Below are positions 11,446-25,080 of a stretch of DNA of 64,000 nucleotides, piece after piece (the stretch's first letter is position 1; the number at the start of each line of letters is the position of its first letter). The stretch spans positions 804,636,001 to 804,700,000 of the forward strand of contig NW_027362764.1 of NCBI RefSeq assembly GCF_046119375.1, in the 5' to 3' direction. The notes under the pieces were generated by a model that saw nothing but the letters and a program-made list of their open reading frames with translations, did not search any database and was not told where the DNA came from. Both the position numbers and the translations under genes were made by a program. Source of the DNA: Phyllobates terribilis (taxonomy: Eukaryota).

Positions 11446-12483
11446 TGTGGCACCCCAGGGGTCTGGTTTCCACAGTAATAGCCATATTACGTCTGTGAGC
11501 AGGTGGGCGGTCTCCTGGTCAGGAATCCTAAGCATACCACACCTCCTGCCCAGTCCTGGGAGGGGAAGAACTTCCCCTATATAAACTGGGGCTGAGGCAG
11601 GGTTAGGGAGAAAAGAGGAGAAGAGGAGTCCCAGACAGAGACATAGTCTGGTCTGGAGAGGAGCAGCTATAGGAAAGAAAGATCAGGAGCTCAGTGGGAG
11701 CAGTGCTAAAAGGAGTCAGGGGCTGGAAGCTGTAGAGCTCGCCCTGATTGAAGAGTTCTCACCGGACCCGGAGTCTGAGGCTGTGGGGACTAATCCTTAC
11801 CCAGCAGCAGAAACCGACCGGCAGGGGATTTCAGGTCCTCTGGCCAAGAAACCCGAAGGCACGGTCACACGCAAGGGACCAGCACCGCCGTCGTGGAGCG
11901 GAAGCTACCAGAAGGCCCCGAGTCACCGGCCATACGGGTGAGCACCACACGGTACACTCAGGGACGTGGGCTACTTTTACCCGCCTCTAGCAAGGTAGCC
12001 AGAAGAGTACAGTTAGTTGGGGAGGCCTACAACTCCGCCTGGCTAGGGGAGATCCCATCTGCTCACGGACTGACCAGGCCCCGATCGCTAGCCAGTACTC
12101 CGGGAGGGTCTACCTTTGTCATCAGTAAAGACCCTGAACTACACCGCACCGTCTCTGAGTGGTTCCTGCTACCTGCATGCTATTCCCCTTCAAACACGTC
12201 GGCTGCCCTGAGGCCATACCCCTCCCGTTGGGGGTTATACCATCTACGCTGCACAATCGTACCACCGGCCTCAGCGGTCTGCCCTGCAGCGGCGGCCTCA
12301 TAGCCGCATTCAACGGGTGGCGTAGTCGAACACCGTACCATCTTCTGCTAAACTCTGCCACTCAGCTTGACTCCCTGGGCACGGACCGGGTCACCGCCAC
12401 GAGACTACTACCCCTATCAGATCCGGCTCTGGGTAGGCTCCCGCGTGCGCAACGCTGCGCGACTCAGGCCCAGGGGCGCGTCA
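11446..12483 (+). mobile_element. Gypsy solo LTR (1038 bp), relative of the 23664 element
   Basis: TGTGGCACCCCAGGGG...GGCGCGTCA termini, a 4-bp TSD (CTAT) and an internal TATATAAACTGG. Colinear with the LTR at 23664. Confidence 0.9.
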
Positions 12484-12930
12484 CTATCATTCGGTGGTGT
12501 TGAGAAGTCTGGCCGAATCCAGCCCTTGTTCATTTTTATAAGAGTCAGCCTGTCAGCATTTTCAGTTGACAGGCGGATGCACTTATCAGTTATAATTCGA
12601 CTGGCGGCACTAAAAACCCGCTCTGATAAAACGCTGGCGGCCGGGCAGGACCTCCAAGGCGTAGAGAGCCAGTTCATTCCACATATCCAGCTTGGAAAAC
12701 CAATAATAAGGCACAGAGGAATCACGGAGGACGTTGGTACGGTCGGCAAGGTACTCCCTCACCATCTTCCCAAACTTTGCACTCCTTGTGAGAGTACCCC
12801 GCACCTCAGGGCCTGTGCGATGGGAGGGTATGAGAAAACTCTCCCAAAACTTTCAGTGTTCCCCTGCCTCTGCTGGATTGGAGTTGTGTCTCTCTCGCCT
12901 GTACTCTTTGGTTTTCCAACGAACTGTAAT
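12484..12930 (-). pseudogene. hAT transposase C-terminal dimerisation-domain fragment
   Basis: CPAASVLSERVFSAA...RLSTENADRLTLIKMN, with frameshifts. Confidence 0.88.
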
Positions 12931-13309
12931 GATCCACTGGAGCGCGAGCAGCGACTGAGCGGGAAATTCAAATCCACCAACTGATCAGTGAATGAGAAGG
13001 AAACATTGGAGTAAAGCTCCGCCCACAGGAACCGACCAATCCCCGACCACAAGTTTCCGCCTTCTCTCCCCCAGCCCCGGCAGTGCACAGGACGCATCGC
13101 GCTGCTCTGGTCACACAGGTGCGGCTTCTATTACTGATCACGTGATGGATGTGACGTTATTCCTCTGCTTATTGCACTTTTCACAATATAGTTCACTCAC
13201 TACTAGATCCCCTATAATTATACAGATAGTAAGTGCGCGGAGGATACGGACAGAGGAGCAGAATGGCGGTTAATCATGAGAGTTCTCAGCTCGTCTTGGA
13301 GGATTTGGT

Positions 13310-13325
13310 GGCTCTGAAAAGAGCC
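13310..13325 (-). terminator. Histone 3' stem-loop of H3 (GGCTCTTTTCAGAGCC)
   Basis: Perfect canonical hairpin, followed by ACCAA and GACGAGCTG (HDE-like). Confidence 0.96.
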
Positions 13326-13354
13326 TTTGTGTTGTCCTCGGGGCCCGGGCAGAT

Positions 13355-13880
<526 letters not shown>

Positions 13881-15987
13881 TCTGCGTACAGTATTGAGCC
13901 GCCAATAGTGACCGACTACCTGGCCACATGACACACTTCCGCTCCCTGAGTCTCCATGTCCCGTACACGGCGCTGTACAGATCTCCCCATCATCGCTCTA
14001 CACTCCGGGCTGCACTGGTTTCTATAGATCACACATGGAGCGACCCCTCCCCCCGCAGAGCTCTGCGACATGACGTCCCCTGATATCAGTGCAGACTGCG
14101 GCAGACCCCGGAACACTGCGCCGCCCCCTCTCCCCTGTACAGAGCAGCAGGAATGTGTATAGAACAACCTGCTCTGCTAACTGCGATCGTCTGCAGCGTT
14201 GACATCTGTTCTGACCAGGACAATCGTCACCTGGGGAACATTCAATGAGCCCGGAAACTACCATGGAAGTGTATGATGTAGAGATCGGCGCATTGTTCTC
14301 AGAGCGATCACCGGCAGCTGAGATACAAAGGACCAGTGTAAATATATATTGACGTCCGCTCCATCCTGCGATCTCAGCTCGGGTCCGTCAGCCTCTGCTG
14401 CTGCTCAGGTTGTCGCTTCTCCTGCAGATTACTGGCTGCTGCAGTGGGGGATGGAGGGTGAGCAGACACTGGAGACGGACCTGATCTCTCCTCCCTGCTC
14501 TCTCCTTCCTCATGTGCTGAGGAGGAGGATCGTTTATTCTCATCATCTGGGCTGAGCTGATAAATCATCAATACTATCCCCAGGGCTCCATGATCAGCGC
14601 CAGCGCTTCCCTCAGCTGTGAGAAATGCAGAACTTTGAATAAAGGTGAATAAAGAAGCTGATGTTGGAGAATTCTGACTTCGTTTTGCAATTTCTTAGTT
14701 ACAGGTTTTCTTATGATTTCTGGTCTACAAGGTCACTCAGATGTCTGTACTCTGACAATAATGCAGGGAAATGAGAATTCGCTCTAAAATCGCGGATGCA
14801 CACGTGTCGCATTCGGTGAAGGTTTTCCTCACAGAATGCGACCATAAAATCCACTGCATAATACAGTATGAGCCAAACTAAGGAGATTTTAGGAATGTCA
14901 TCCGGTGTAGTCGCTGGATACAATCCTCCCATCACAGACCTGTTCATCTTTATCTGTGTTCACTGAAATTATGTATTAGATTTAGCGGATAGATGCAGTA
15001 TATATATGTATACCCCCATATAGTGCTGTATATGTATACCCCCATATAGTGCGGTATATCCCGATATCGTGCTGTGTGTATATATTGTGTATATATATAA
15101 ATATATATCTTTTCTTTTTCAAATATATATTTAAAAAATAAAAAAACAAATGTTACAATGAGCGGGAAATTCTAAATCACTAACTGCTCTGTGACCGACC
15201 AATCAGAGAGAAGGAGATGAACGCGTAACCGGTAACATACACGCCCCTGATCCGCGTCATCAGTATCCTCTCTGGTCCGCACAGCCGGGTGCTCATCTGT
15301 CCTGTGATCGGTGACTGCAGGGGATGTTCCGCCCGGTAGGACGATCGGGTGTGTATTTCTCCCCAGAGCAAACGTCAGGCTCCGATCACTGGGGAATTAG
15401 GAAATCACCGATCATGGAGAACGGCGGCAAGAAATGGTTAACACCGGCGTCTCCTGTGGGCGGAGCCGTGACCTGATGCTCAATGATGATTGGCTGAGCC
15501 CAGAATTTGAACTTCCCGCTCACTCCTCCTCGCTTTGTCCTCATCCATGTAACACGCGTCGCCAGTGCTGCGGATCTCGGTCGATCTGCTCGTGTATAGT
15601 GATCAGTGGCCGATCTCACTCCACACAGGGGAGATCAGACCCCAATCTGTACAGGGTCTTATGTCTCCAGATCTCTCCCCTGATCACAGCGCAGACCCTC
15701 ACTGCACTTCATGCCTCATTCTGCAGCCAGTGATCCGGTCAGATCCTCAGCCCTCACAGCTGCGACATCGGTCACCGATCACTTACACATCCCCCGATCT
15801 GCTCATCACCGAGCACTCGTCCCTTCTCTCCCCGGTCACTGATGTGACGGATCCCGGGAGCTCAGGGTGGGGGCTTCTGTTTCTCTGTCCTGCAGATAGT
15901 TCCCCTCATTACCGCAATCATCAGAGCACAGGACACAACCCCCGGCCCCGCAGCAGGAATCACAGCTTCTCCACTGTACATGTGGGC

Positions 15988-16003
15988 GGCTCTGATAAGA
16001 GCC
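15988..16003 (-). terminator. Histone 3' stem-loop of H4 (GGCTCTTATCAGAGCC)
   Basis: Canonical hairpin followed by GCCCA and GAGAAGCTGT (HDE-like). Confidence 0.95.
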
Positions 16004-16035
16004 TTTGGGGGGTGAGGATGGAGCGGAGAACACAA

Positions 16036-16575
<540 letters not shown>

Positions 16576-16746
16576 TCATCTCGGCGCCGCGGCTGCTCGG
16601 AGACTGGAGATCCTGCCTGCTCCAATAATGACAGCGGGAGATCCAGGCTGGAAATAGATCAATCTCTGGGAGATCATCATCGATCAGACGCCTCCACCGG
16701 CCTGGAGAGCAAAGGGTGTGTGACATCAGAGGGAAATCAGTGAGAA

Positions 16747-17375
16747 AGTGGATATAATCCCTGCTATTAGTGCTTGGCACAGTGGGTATAATCCCTGCCA
16801 TTAGTTCTTGGTACAGTGGGTATAATACCTGCCATTAGTGCTTGGCACAGTGGGTCTAATCCTTGCTAGTAGTGCTTGGCACAGTGGGTATAATCCCTGC
16901 TATTAGTGCTTGGCGCAGTGGGTATAATCCCTGCTATTAGTGCTTGGCGCAGTGGGTATAATCCCTATTAGTGCTTGGCACAGTGGGTATAACCCCTGCT
17001 ATTAGTGCTTGGCACAGTGGGTATAACCCCTGCTATTAGTGCTTGGCACAGTGGGTATAACCCCTGCTATTAGTGCTTGGCACAGTGGGTATAACCCCTG
17101 CTATTAGTGCTTGGCACAGTGGGTATAACCCCTGCTATTAGTGCTTGGCACAGTGGGTATAACCCCTGCTATTAGTGCTTGGCACAGTGGGTATAACCCC
17201 TGCTATTAGTGCTTGGCACAGTGGGTATAACCCCTGCTATTAGTGCTTGGCACAGTCTGTATAACCCCTGCTATTAGTGCTTGGCACAGTGGGTATAACC
17301 CCTGCTATTAGTGCTTGGCACAGTGGGTATAACCCCTGCTATTAGTACTTGGCACAGTGGGTATAACCCCTGCTG
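16747..17375. repeat. 34-bp minisatellite (GGGTATAACCCCTGCTATTAGTGCTTGGCACAGT)n, about 18 copies
   Basis: Directly visible. Confidence 0.96.
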
Positions 17376-17942
17376 TTTGTGACTCCTCATTCATCACCTC
17401 AGTCCTCTGATGAAGCCAGCCTTGGACAAAACATGTCGGGGAGGCTTGGAGTGAACTCTTGATCAGCTCTAGTGTTCTTGCAACTGACATCTATAATTGT
17501 CGTTAGAAAAGCTATCCTAGCTAGTGGACTGCAGACAGCAATCTAGGTAGGAGATATATTCGCTTTAGGAGAGTGAGATCCCATAGAGGAATCCATAAGA
17601 AATGCTGCACAGCAATATCACCTGGGTTATTTTAATCCTTGCTAAAAATAAGTCAAGTTTTATTCACATTCTCTCTAAAGTGAGGTCTATAATTTTTGGG
17701 TATGACTTTCTACAGTTCTCACACATTAGTGTTCTTTTACACTCCTACCATTCACACTTCCCAATGCTTTCCCCTCACTTCTTCCCCTGTGTTGCCTTCA
17801 TACACCTCCCCCCATATTGTTTCTCACTTCCACCAATAAAGCCCCCTATTCCTCCCCCTTTCATAAGGTCCTCACCTTTTCCTTCCCCCATATCCTCTCC
17901 CCTGAGATCAGCGGCGCCGGCTCTTGTGGGGACGGTGTGGGT

Positions 17943-17958
17943 GGCTCTTAGAAGAGCC
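17943..17958 (-). terminator. Histone 3' stem-loop of H2A (GGCTCTTCTAAGAGCC)
   Basis: Canonical 6-bp stem and 4-nt loop, followed by ACCCA and CAAGAGCC. Confidence 0.93.
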
Positions 17959-17994
17959 TTTGGTTGTGTGGATTGAGGAGATCGGCTGCAGCGC

Positions 17995-18426
<432 letters not shown>

Positions 18427-18448
18427 TCACAAGAACGTGCTCCGCTGC

Positions 18449-18600
18449 TTTTTATAAGTCGCTTGCCCCGCCCTCCTCTCCTGTCATTGGATGAATCTGA
18501 AGCTGCCAATGGAGAAGAGACTTGGGGAAACACCAATGAGCTGCAGGGGGCGGAGCTTAGTACAGTTTCAATGGTCACATGGGTTTGTCACCCAATAGAA
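18449..18600. promoter_or_regulatory. H2A promoter with CCAAT boxes on both strands
   Basis: Minus strand: TATAAAAA (about 18449-18456) and CCAAT (18486-18490). Plus strand: CCAAT at about 18505, 18533 and 18592, and a GC box at about 18547. Confidence 0.75.
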
Positions 18601-19189
18601 AACGTTTGTTCTTATCAGACAGATTGATGTAGTTATGGATTTTTGTATGTCACTTTGTAGATCAGACAGGTTTCCTCTTCTCGGGGATGGAGCTGCCCAT
18701 TATTGTTACATACATCGCTCCCCGATCTGCTGCGATAAATCCCAATGCTGGAATCCATGAAGGAGAGAAAGGATATGTGACTCGGAGAAGAAGATGAGGC
18801 CGGAATCCTCGCTCTGTGCTCCCAGCAGCGGTGGCCCCATACCCGTACAATGGCTTTAGTGGTGGGAGCAGAAAGGACGAGCTCCGCAGCAGCTTTATCT
18901 CGCAGGTGCTGCACAGATCGGAGGGTGTGGGGATTGTAGGTGGTCGGTGGACCAATGTCAGGCGGGAGCTGTGAGGTCAGAACATCTGGTGGGATCGCTG
19001 ACTGTAGGAGCAGTGAGGAGAGAGGAGTGCGGGCGGCGGCTGATTCCAGACTCAGATCCTCTGCAGATCGGGTTTACATCGTTCAGATGTCTGAGATCCC
19101 GTGTGTGACAGCCTGTAATATCGGTCTGCATATGGTCATAGTGAAGATGCTGTAGGATCGGACGAATAAGAAACCAGCCACAGCATCGT

Positions 19190-19811
19190 CAGGGACAAGG
19201 TGGTGACACTGACCGTACAGCTCTGCAGGGAAAAGGTGGTGGCACTGTTCATACTGCTCTGCAGGGACAGGGTGGTGGCACTGATCATACAGCTATGCAG
19301 GGACAAGGTGGTGGCACTGATCATACAGCTCTGCAGGGACAAGGTGGTAGCACTGATCATACAGCTCTGCAGGGACAAGGTGGTGGCACTGACCATGCAG
19401 CTCTGCAGGGACAAGGTGGTGATACTGATCATACAGCTCTGCAGGGAAAAGGTGGTGGCACTGACCATACAGCTCTGCAGGGAAAAGGTGGTGACACTGA
19501 CCATACAGCTCTGCAGGGAAAAGGTGGTGACACTGACCATACAGCTCTGCAGGGAAAAGGTGGTGACACTGATCATACACCTCTGCAGGGACAAGGTGGT
19601 GACACTGACCATACAGATCTGCAGGGGTAAGGTGGTAGCACTGACCATACAGCTCTGCAGGGAAAAGGTGGTGACACTGATCATACAGGTCTGCAGGGGC
19701 AAGGTGGTAGCACTGATCATACAGCTCTGCGGGGACAAGGTGGTGGCACTGATCATACAGCTCTGCGGGGACAAGATGGTGGCACTGATCATACATCTCT
19801 GCGGGGACAAG
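19190..19811 (-). repeat. Second, orphan array of the 36-bp H1-HDE-type unit (17 copies)
   Basis: Same unit and orientation as 3495-3977 but more diverged. It ends at GGACAAG (19811) with no stem-loop or histone gene upstream. Confidence 0.93.
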
Positions 19812-20066
19812 CCTGCCTGTCTAGCAGCCGTGCCCGCCAGCCTGTCTATCAGTCGTGTCCACCTGCCTGTCTATCCGCCGTGCCCGCCTGCTTATCTACC
19901 CGCATGATCATCTGCTGTGCCTGTCGGCTTCGGCCATCAGTCCCATGGGAGTCGCCTCCTCTCACACAAGGTCGATTGCAGAGTGGCACCTGGTTCACCT
20001 TCCCGGTCCCTGCTTGGTTCACGGAGTCGACTTAGTTACGCCCCTCTGGTCCCTCCTTGTATCACA
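19812..20066 (-). mobile_element. Truncated LTR fragment
   Basis: Begins TGTGATAC on the minus strand at 20066. Shares CTTAGTTACGCCCCTC with the LTR-like element at about 56218. Confidence 0.6.
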
Positions 20067-21060
20067 GTACAGAAGTTCCACCACCCGGATCCTTAACATA
20101 TATATACTGTATATCCATATAAACCTATAAAGATACCACTTCAAAAAGTGTGATCAGTCCCAAATTTAATAGAAAATTTTATATATATATCCATCTGAAC
20201 TAACAGTCCTTCTGAGGACTAATCCAGCTGCATATATTCAGTGGTGATAGGAGTTAGGCAGACAGGGTATGTGGCAGAATGCAGTGCACATAGCAAGAGG
20301 GCCCATTGCACGTTCTGTCTGCTGCTGCTGCTGCTGTTGTTACAGATATTTGCAGACATAGCCCAAAATATCAGGGGCCAGGGTTAATTTTTTTTTATCT
20401 TAATCCTGGTTATTTGCTTAAAAAGCAAGGCATCCAGGGTTTGTGGCAGACAGTGTATACTGCACAAGAGAACCATTGCACATTCTGACTGATCCTGCTG
20501 TTACAGATATTTATAGACATAGCCCCAGATATCAAGGCCAGGACTAATTTTTTTTTTAATCTTAATCCTGATTATTTGCCTAAAAAGCAATCCAGAGTAC
20601 ACCATTATCCTGCTCCATTTGCTTGTTAGCACTGCAGAATACAGCCAGATCTTTTCCATATTACAGCGATAAAAATCCAGATATTTGTAGTGAACGTGGA
20701 AAATACTGACCTCCATTTACAGTTTGACAGTTTGTTGCAGTGTGTCAGTGAAGCTATTCACACAAGGTCGCTGTGAAGAATAATACTAGTAAACTACAGG
20801 CCCACTATTTAAAATCGTGGTTGTCTGTCAGACATATGACATATAACTGTGGTCCAAAATCAGCCATTTCTCGCCTCCATTTACATTTTGTTGGAGTGTG
20901 TCAGTGAAGCTATTCACACAAGGTCACTGTGAAGAATAGTATTAGTAAATTACAGGCCAGCTATTTAAAACCGTGGTTGTCCGTCAGACGTATCACATAT
21001 AACTGTGGTTCAAATCCAGCCATTTGTAGTGAACGTGGAAAATATTGTCCTCCATTTAAA

Positions 21061-23582
21061 ATGGTCAAGGCGCGTGGCAAGGGACTGGGAAGTGGACGTG
21101 ATGGTGATGGTGCATGCAGAGGCCGAGGCCATGGGCAAGCTGAAGTTGTGCCACAGCAAACACCCACATCTTGTCGCTCGACCTTTCTATCCAAATTCCT
21201 AGGGGACCGCAGCACACCACTATTGAACACAGAGCAGTGTCAAAAGGTTGTTGGTTGGATAGCAGATAATGCTTCCAGTCACTTAGCCACCACCACCACC
21301 ACCCTGTCTTCCACACGGTCAAGTCTCAGTAGCCTGGACCTGGAGTCTGGACTGCATATTCCTCACCCTGATCCTCCTTCCTCCCGCCATGCCGAGTGCC
21401 CGGAGACAACTGATCCCACACTTGGACACTTAGAAGAGCTGTTCACTTTTCCATTTATAGATTCAGGTCTCTCGCCCGGCCAGCTTCAAGCGGGTATAGA
21501 GGAGAACGCGTGTAGTGATGCCCAAATATTTGAGCGGCCACAGTCACACGAAGACAATGGTGGGAAAGTGCAATTACTGTCGCAAGAGGTGGATGATGAT
21601 AAGACACAATTGCCAGAAAGTCAGGAGGAGGACCAGGGTGCGAAAGTGGAAGACGAGGTGGTGGATGATATAGTAACTGACCCAACCTGGCAGGGGGACA
21701 TGAAGAGCGAGGACAGCAGCACACAGGGGGAGGGAGGCAGAGCACCACAGCAGGCAGGAAGAAGCAGTATGGTGGCCACAGACACAATGCGGGAAAGCAT
21801 TCCCCGTAACACCAACACAACGGAAATTGCCAGTACAACTATTAGGTCTTCCCGAGTCTGGTTGTTTTTTAAAGACTCTGCAGATAACCCCAAAAAGCCA
21901 TTTGCACCACCTGCCAGGCCAGCATCAGCAGGGGTAGCAAAACTAGCAGCCTGACCATCACCAGCATGATCAAGCACATGGCAGCAAAGCACCCGACTAA
22001 GTGGGCCGAACCCCAGGGTCCAGAAACAGTGTCTGCAGGTAACACCACTGCTTCTTCCGCTGTTGTGCGTGGACGCCAATCCCCTGTCCATGGCGCATGC
22101 AAAGATGCCTCCCGCCCTTCACCTGTCATTGCACACTCTCAACTAGCACCATCAGCAAGCACGTCCATGTCGCACCGCAGCGTTCAGTTGTCCCTACCCC
22201 ACTCCTTGGAACACAAGCACAAATACTCAGCAACGCCCCACAGGCCACACTACTAGATTCACACATTTCGCGTGTACTTGTGCTCGAAATGTTGCATTTT
22301 AGGCTCGTGGAGACGGAAGCTTTCCGCAACCTTATGGCGGCAACCGTCCATCAGTACTCGGTCCCCAGCCGCCACTATTTCTCCCTGTGTGCCATCCCCG
22401 CATTACACAAACACGTGTCCCACAACATTAGCCGTACCCTTAACAACGCAGTTATTGGGAAAGTCCACCTAACCACAGACACGTGGACAAGTGCTTGTGG
22501 GCAGGGATGGTACATTTCGCTGACGGCACACTGGGTTAATATAGTGGAAGCCGGGACCCAGTCAGACCGTGGGATGGAACACTTCCTCCCGACGCCGAGG
22601 ATTGCGGGCCCTGGGTCAATCAGGGTTGCCCCCACATTCTACCGCTCCTGCTCCTCCTCCTCCTCTTCACCCTCCATCTCTGAAATGACCACATCAGTCA
22701 CAAGCTGGAAGCACTGCAGCACTTCCTCGGCCAAGCGGCAACAGGCTCTGCTGAAGCTAATATGCTTAGGTGACAAACCGCACAATGCTTGGCACAACCA
22801 ACATGGCTACGGCATTACAGTGAGTGGCAGGCAATCCCTGCATGTTCATTGGCTCTGTAAGGAGCGCCAAACATGCCGGGAGGGGACCCGAGCATCCACC
22901 CGAGCATTTCGCAAGTACTCGGCGAGCTCCGAGCATCTCGAGTACTGAGATGCTCGGGCGAGTACCAAGTACTTGCGAGTATGCTCGCTCATCACTACTT
23001 TCTATCTCTTATTCCCGCGGTGGACAGGCCTAATAAAATGGGGCAATACCAGAAGGCCCTTGTTGCAGAATTATTAAAATCATTCCCATCTGAAAACGCT
23101 GGCGGCAGAGGTCACAGTTCGTTGGACAACCAAGGAGTACAGGCGAGAGAGACACAACTCGAATCCAGCAGAGGCAGGGGAACACTGTCAAGGTTCTGGG
23201 AGAGTTTTCTCAGCCCCTCCCATCACACAGGCCCTGAGGCGCGGGGTACTCTCCCTCCTTGTGGGAAAAGTTTGGGAAGATGCTGAGGTAGTACCTTGCC
23301 AACCGTACTAACGTCCTCCGTGATTCCTCTGTGCCTTATAATTATTGGGTTTCCAAGCTGGACACGTGGCATGAACTAGCTCTCTATGCCTTGGAGGTCC
23401 TGGTCTGCCCTGCTGCTAGCATTTTATCAGAGCGGGTTTTTAGTGCCGCTGGTGGAATTATAACCGATAGACGCATCTGCCTGTCAACTGAAAATGCTGA
23501 CAGGCTGACTCTTATAAAAATGAACAAGGGCTGGATTGGGCCAGACTTCTCAACACCACCGGATGATAGTAGCGTAATATAA
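21061..23582 (+). pseudogene. hAT (ZBED1/4-like) transposase pseudogene
   Basis: Frameshifted BED finger (SSRVWLFF...MIKHMAAKH), PSRHYFS, KVHLTTDTWTS, and C-terminal WVSKLDTW...CPAASILSERVFSAAG...DRLTLIKMN. The central portion is deleted. Confidence 0.9.
22786..22997. mobile_element. Half MITE of the CTCG-rich hAT type inside the transposase
   Basis: Clustered CCGAGCAT/ACTCG motifs ending ATGCTCGCTCATCACTA, at the junction of the transposase deletion. Confidence 0.6.
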
Positions 23583-24657
23583 ACTCAAATCCAGTGTCTT
23601 TTTTTTTGGGAGGTCTAACACTTTTCCCATGCAACTCTGTCTTCACACCCAGACATGGGCATATGTGGCACCCCAGGGGTCTGGTTGCCACAGTGATAGA
23701 AATATCACGTCTGAGAGCAAGTGGTAGGTTCCCTGGTCAGGAGCCCTTGAACATGCAACACTTCCTGTCCCAGACCAGAGAGGGGAGGAACCTGCCCTAT
23801 ATAAACTGGATCTGGGGCGGGGTTAGAGTAGAGAAAGCAGAGGGAGAGTGAAGCACAAGCAGACACAGGAAAAGCAACATCTAGGAGCTCTGTAGGAGCA
23901 GGAGCTGAGTGCCAGGGACTGGAAGCAGATATTGCTCGTCCTGGCTGAAGACACTACGACCGGACAACGGAGTCCGAGGCTGTGAGGACTTATATATCCA
24001 GCAGCAGAAACCAGCCGGCAGGGGATTTCAGGTCCTCTGGCCATAGGAAGCCCGGAGGCTCAGTCACACACAAGGGACCGGTACCGCCAGCGAGGAGCGG
24101 AAGCTACCAGAGGGTCCAAGTCACCAGCCATACGGGTGAGCACCACACGGTATACTCAGGGACGTGGGCTACTTCCACTCGCTTACAGCAAGGTAGCCAG
24201 GAAGAATGCAGTCAGACGGGGAGGCCTACAACTCCACCTGGCCAGGGGAACTCCTGTTTGTTCACAGACTGACCAGGCCCCTTATGCTAGCCAGTACTCC
24301 CAGGAGGGTCTGCCTTATCATCATCAGTAAAGACCCTGAACTGCACTGCAAACACTCCCATCATCCACACTCACTGCCCTGAGGCTATACTCCTCCCGTG
24401 GGGAGTTATCCCATCCTTTGCTGCGCACACCACACCAGCCTCAGCGGTCTGCATCGCAGCGGCGGTACACCCTGACCGCAATCCATGGGTGGCGTAGTCG
24501 GACATTAAATCATAAAAACCCTATAAAAGACGGCCACTGGTCTGACCACCCTGAGCCACGGGATCGGGTCACCGCCACGGAGACTACAACCCCCAGAGAC
24601 CCGGCTCCGGGTAACCCACACACGTGCATACACGGCCCAGGGGGCACGTCAACCTTT

Positions 24658-24676
24658 TGGCGTAGTCTTCAGGATT
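24658..24676 (+). promoter_or_regulatory. Primer binding site complementary to the tRNA-Ser 3' end
   Basis: TGGCGTAGTCTTCAGGATT versus the complement of the vertebrate tRNA-Ser 3' end (TGGCGTAGTCGGCAGGATT), 17/19 match. Confidence 0.8.
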
Positions 24677-25080
24677 GTGACCAACCAGCCACAAACGTAT
24701 ATTGCGTGCCTGAAAAAGACTTTGCACTTACCTGAGTGAAGTTTCCCGCCATCCGGAGCCGTTTCCCGCCATCTTCAGTCGTCTCCCGCCATCTTCAGTC
24801 GTTTCCCGCCGACTTCAGCCGTTTTCCCGCCATCGGACGCCATCTTCAGGACGCCGCGCGGGAAGAAGAGGGGCGTGGACGTACAAACCATGCGAGACCT
24901 GAAGCCCCGCCCTACGCACCAACGCTGCGCAAGGTCCTGGAAGGAGAGAGAGCGACGCTGACGTCACCAGGACACGACGCAAGGTCCTCGCCCGGAGCAG
25001 CACCAGCGGAGCCGCGGCCGACGGAGGAAGAGAAACAAAAGGTAAGCCACGGTTAACTAGGGTGGCGGAAGGTACCAGGA

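Larger units (their letters stand above)
5690..12930 (-). mobile_element. Truncated Ac/ZBED-like hAT element (copy 1) hosting nested insertions
   Basis: Segments 5690-6118, 10505-11445 and 12484-12930 are reverse-complement homologous to the hAT copy at about 23110-23660 and 31270-31920. Internal direct duplications: 5888-6103 with 10710-10925, and 10505-10725 with 11016-11230. Confidence 0.75.

Noticed and set aside
16747-17375. CRISPR-like array (34-36 bp repeats)
   Set aside because: The units are contiguous with no unique spacers, there are no cas genes, and the context is eukaryotic.
17407-17430. CTGATGA as a hammerhead core or snoRNA box
   Set aside because: No stem II with GAAA and no partner box at suitable spacing.
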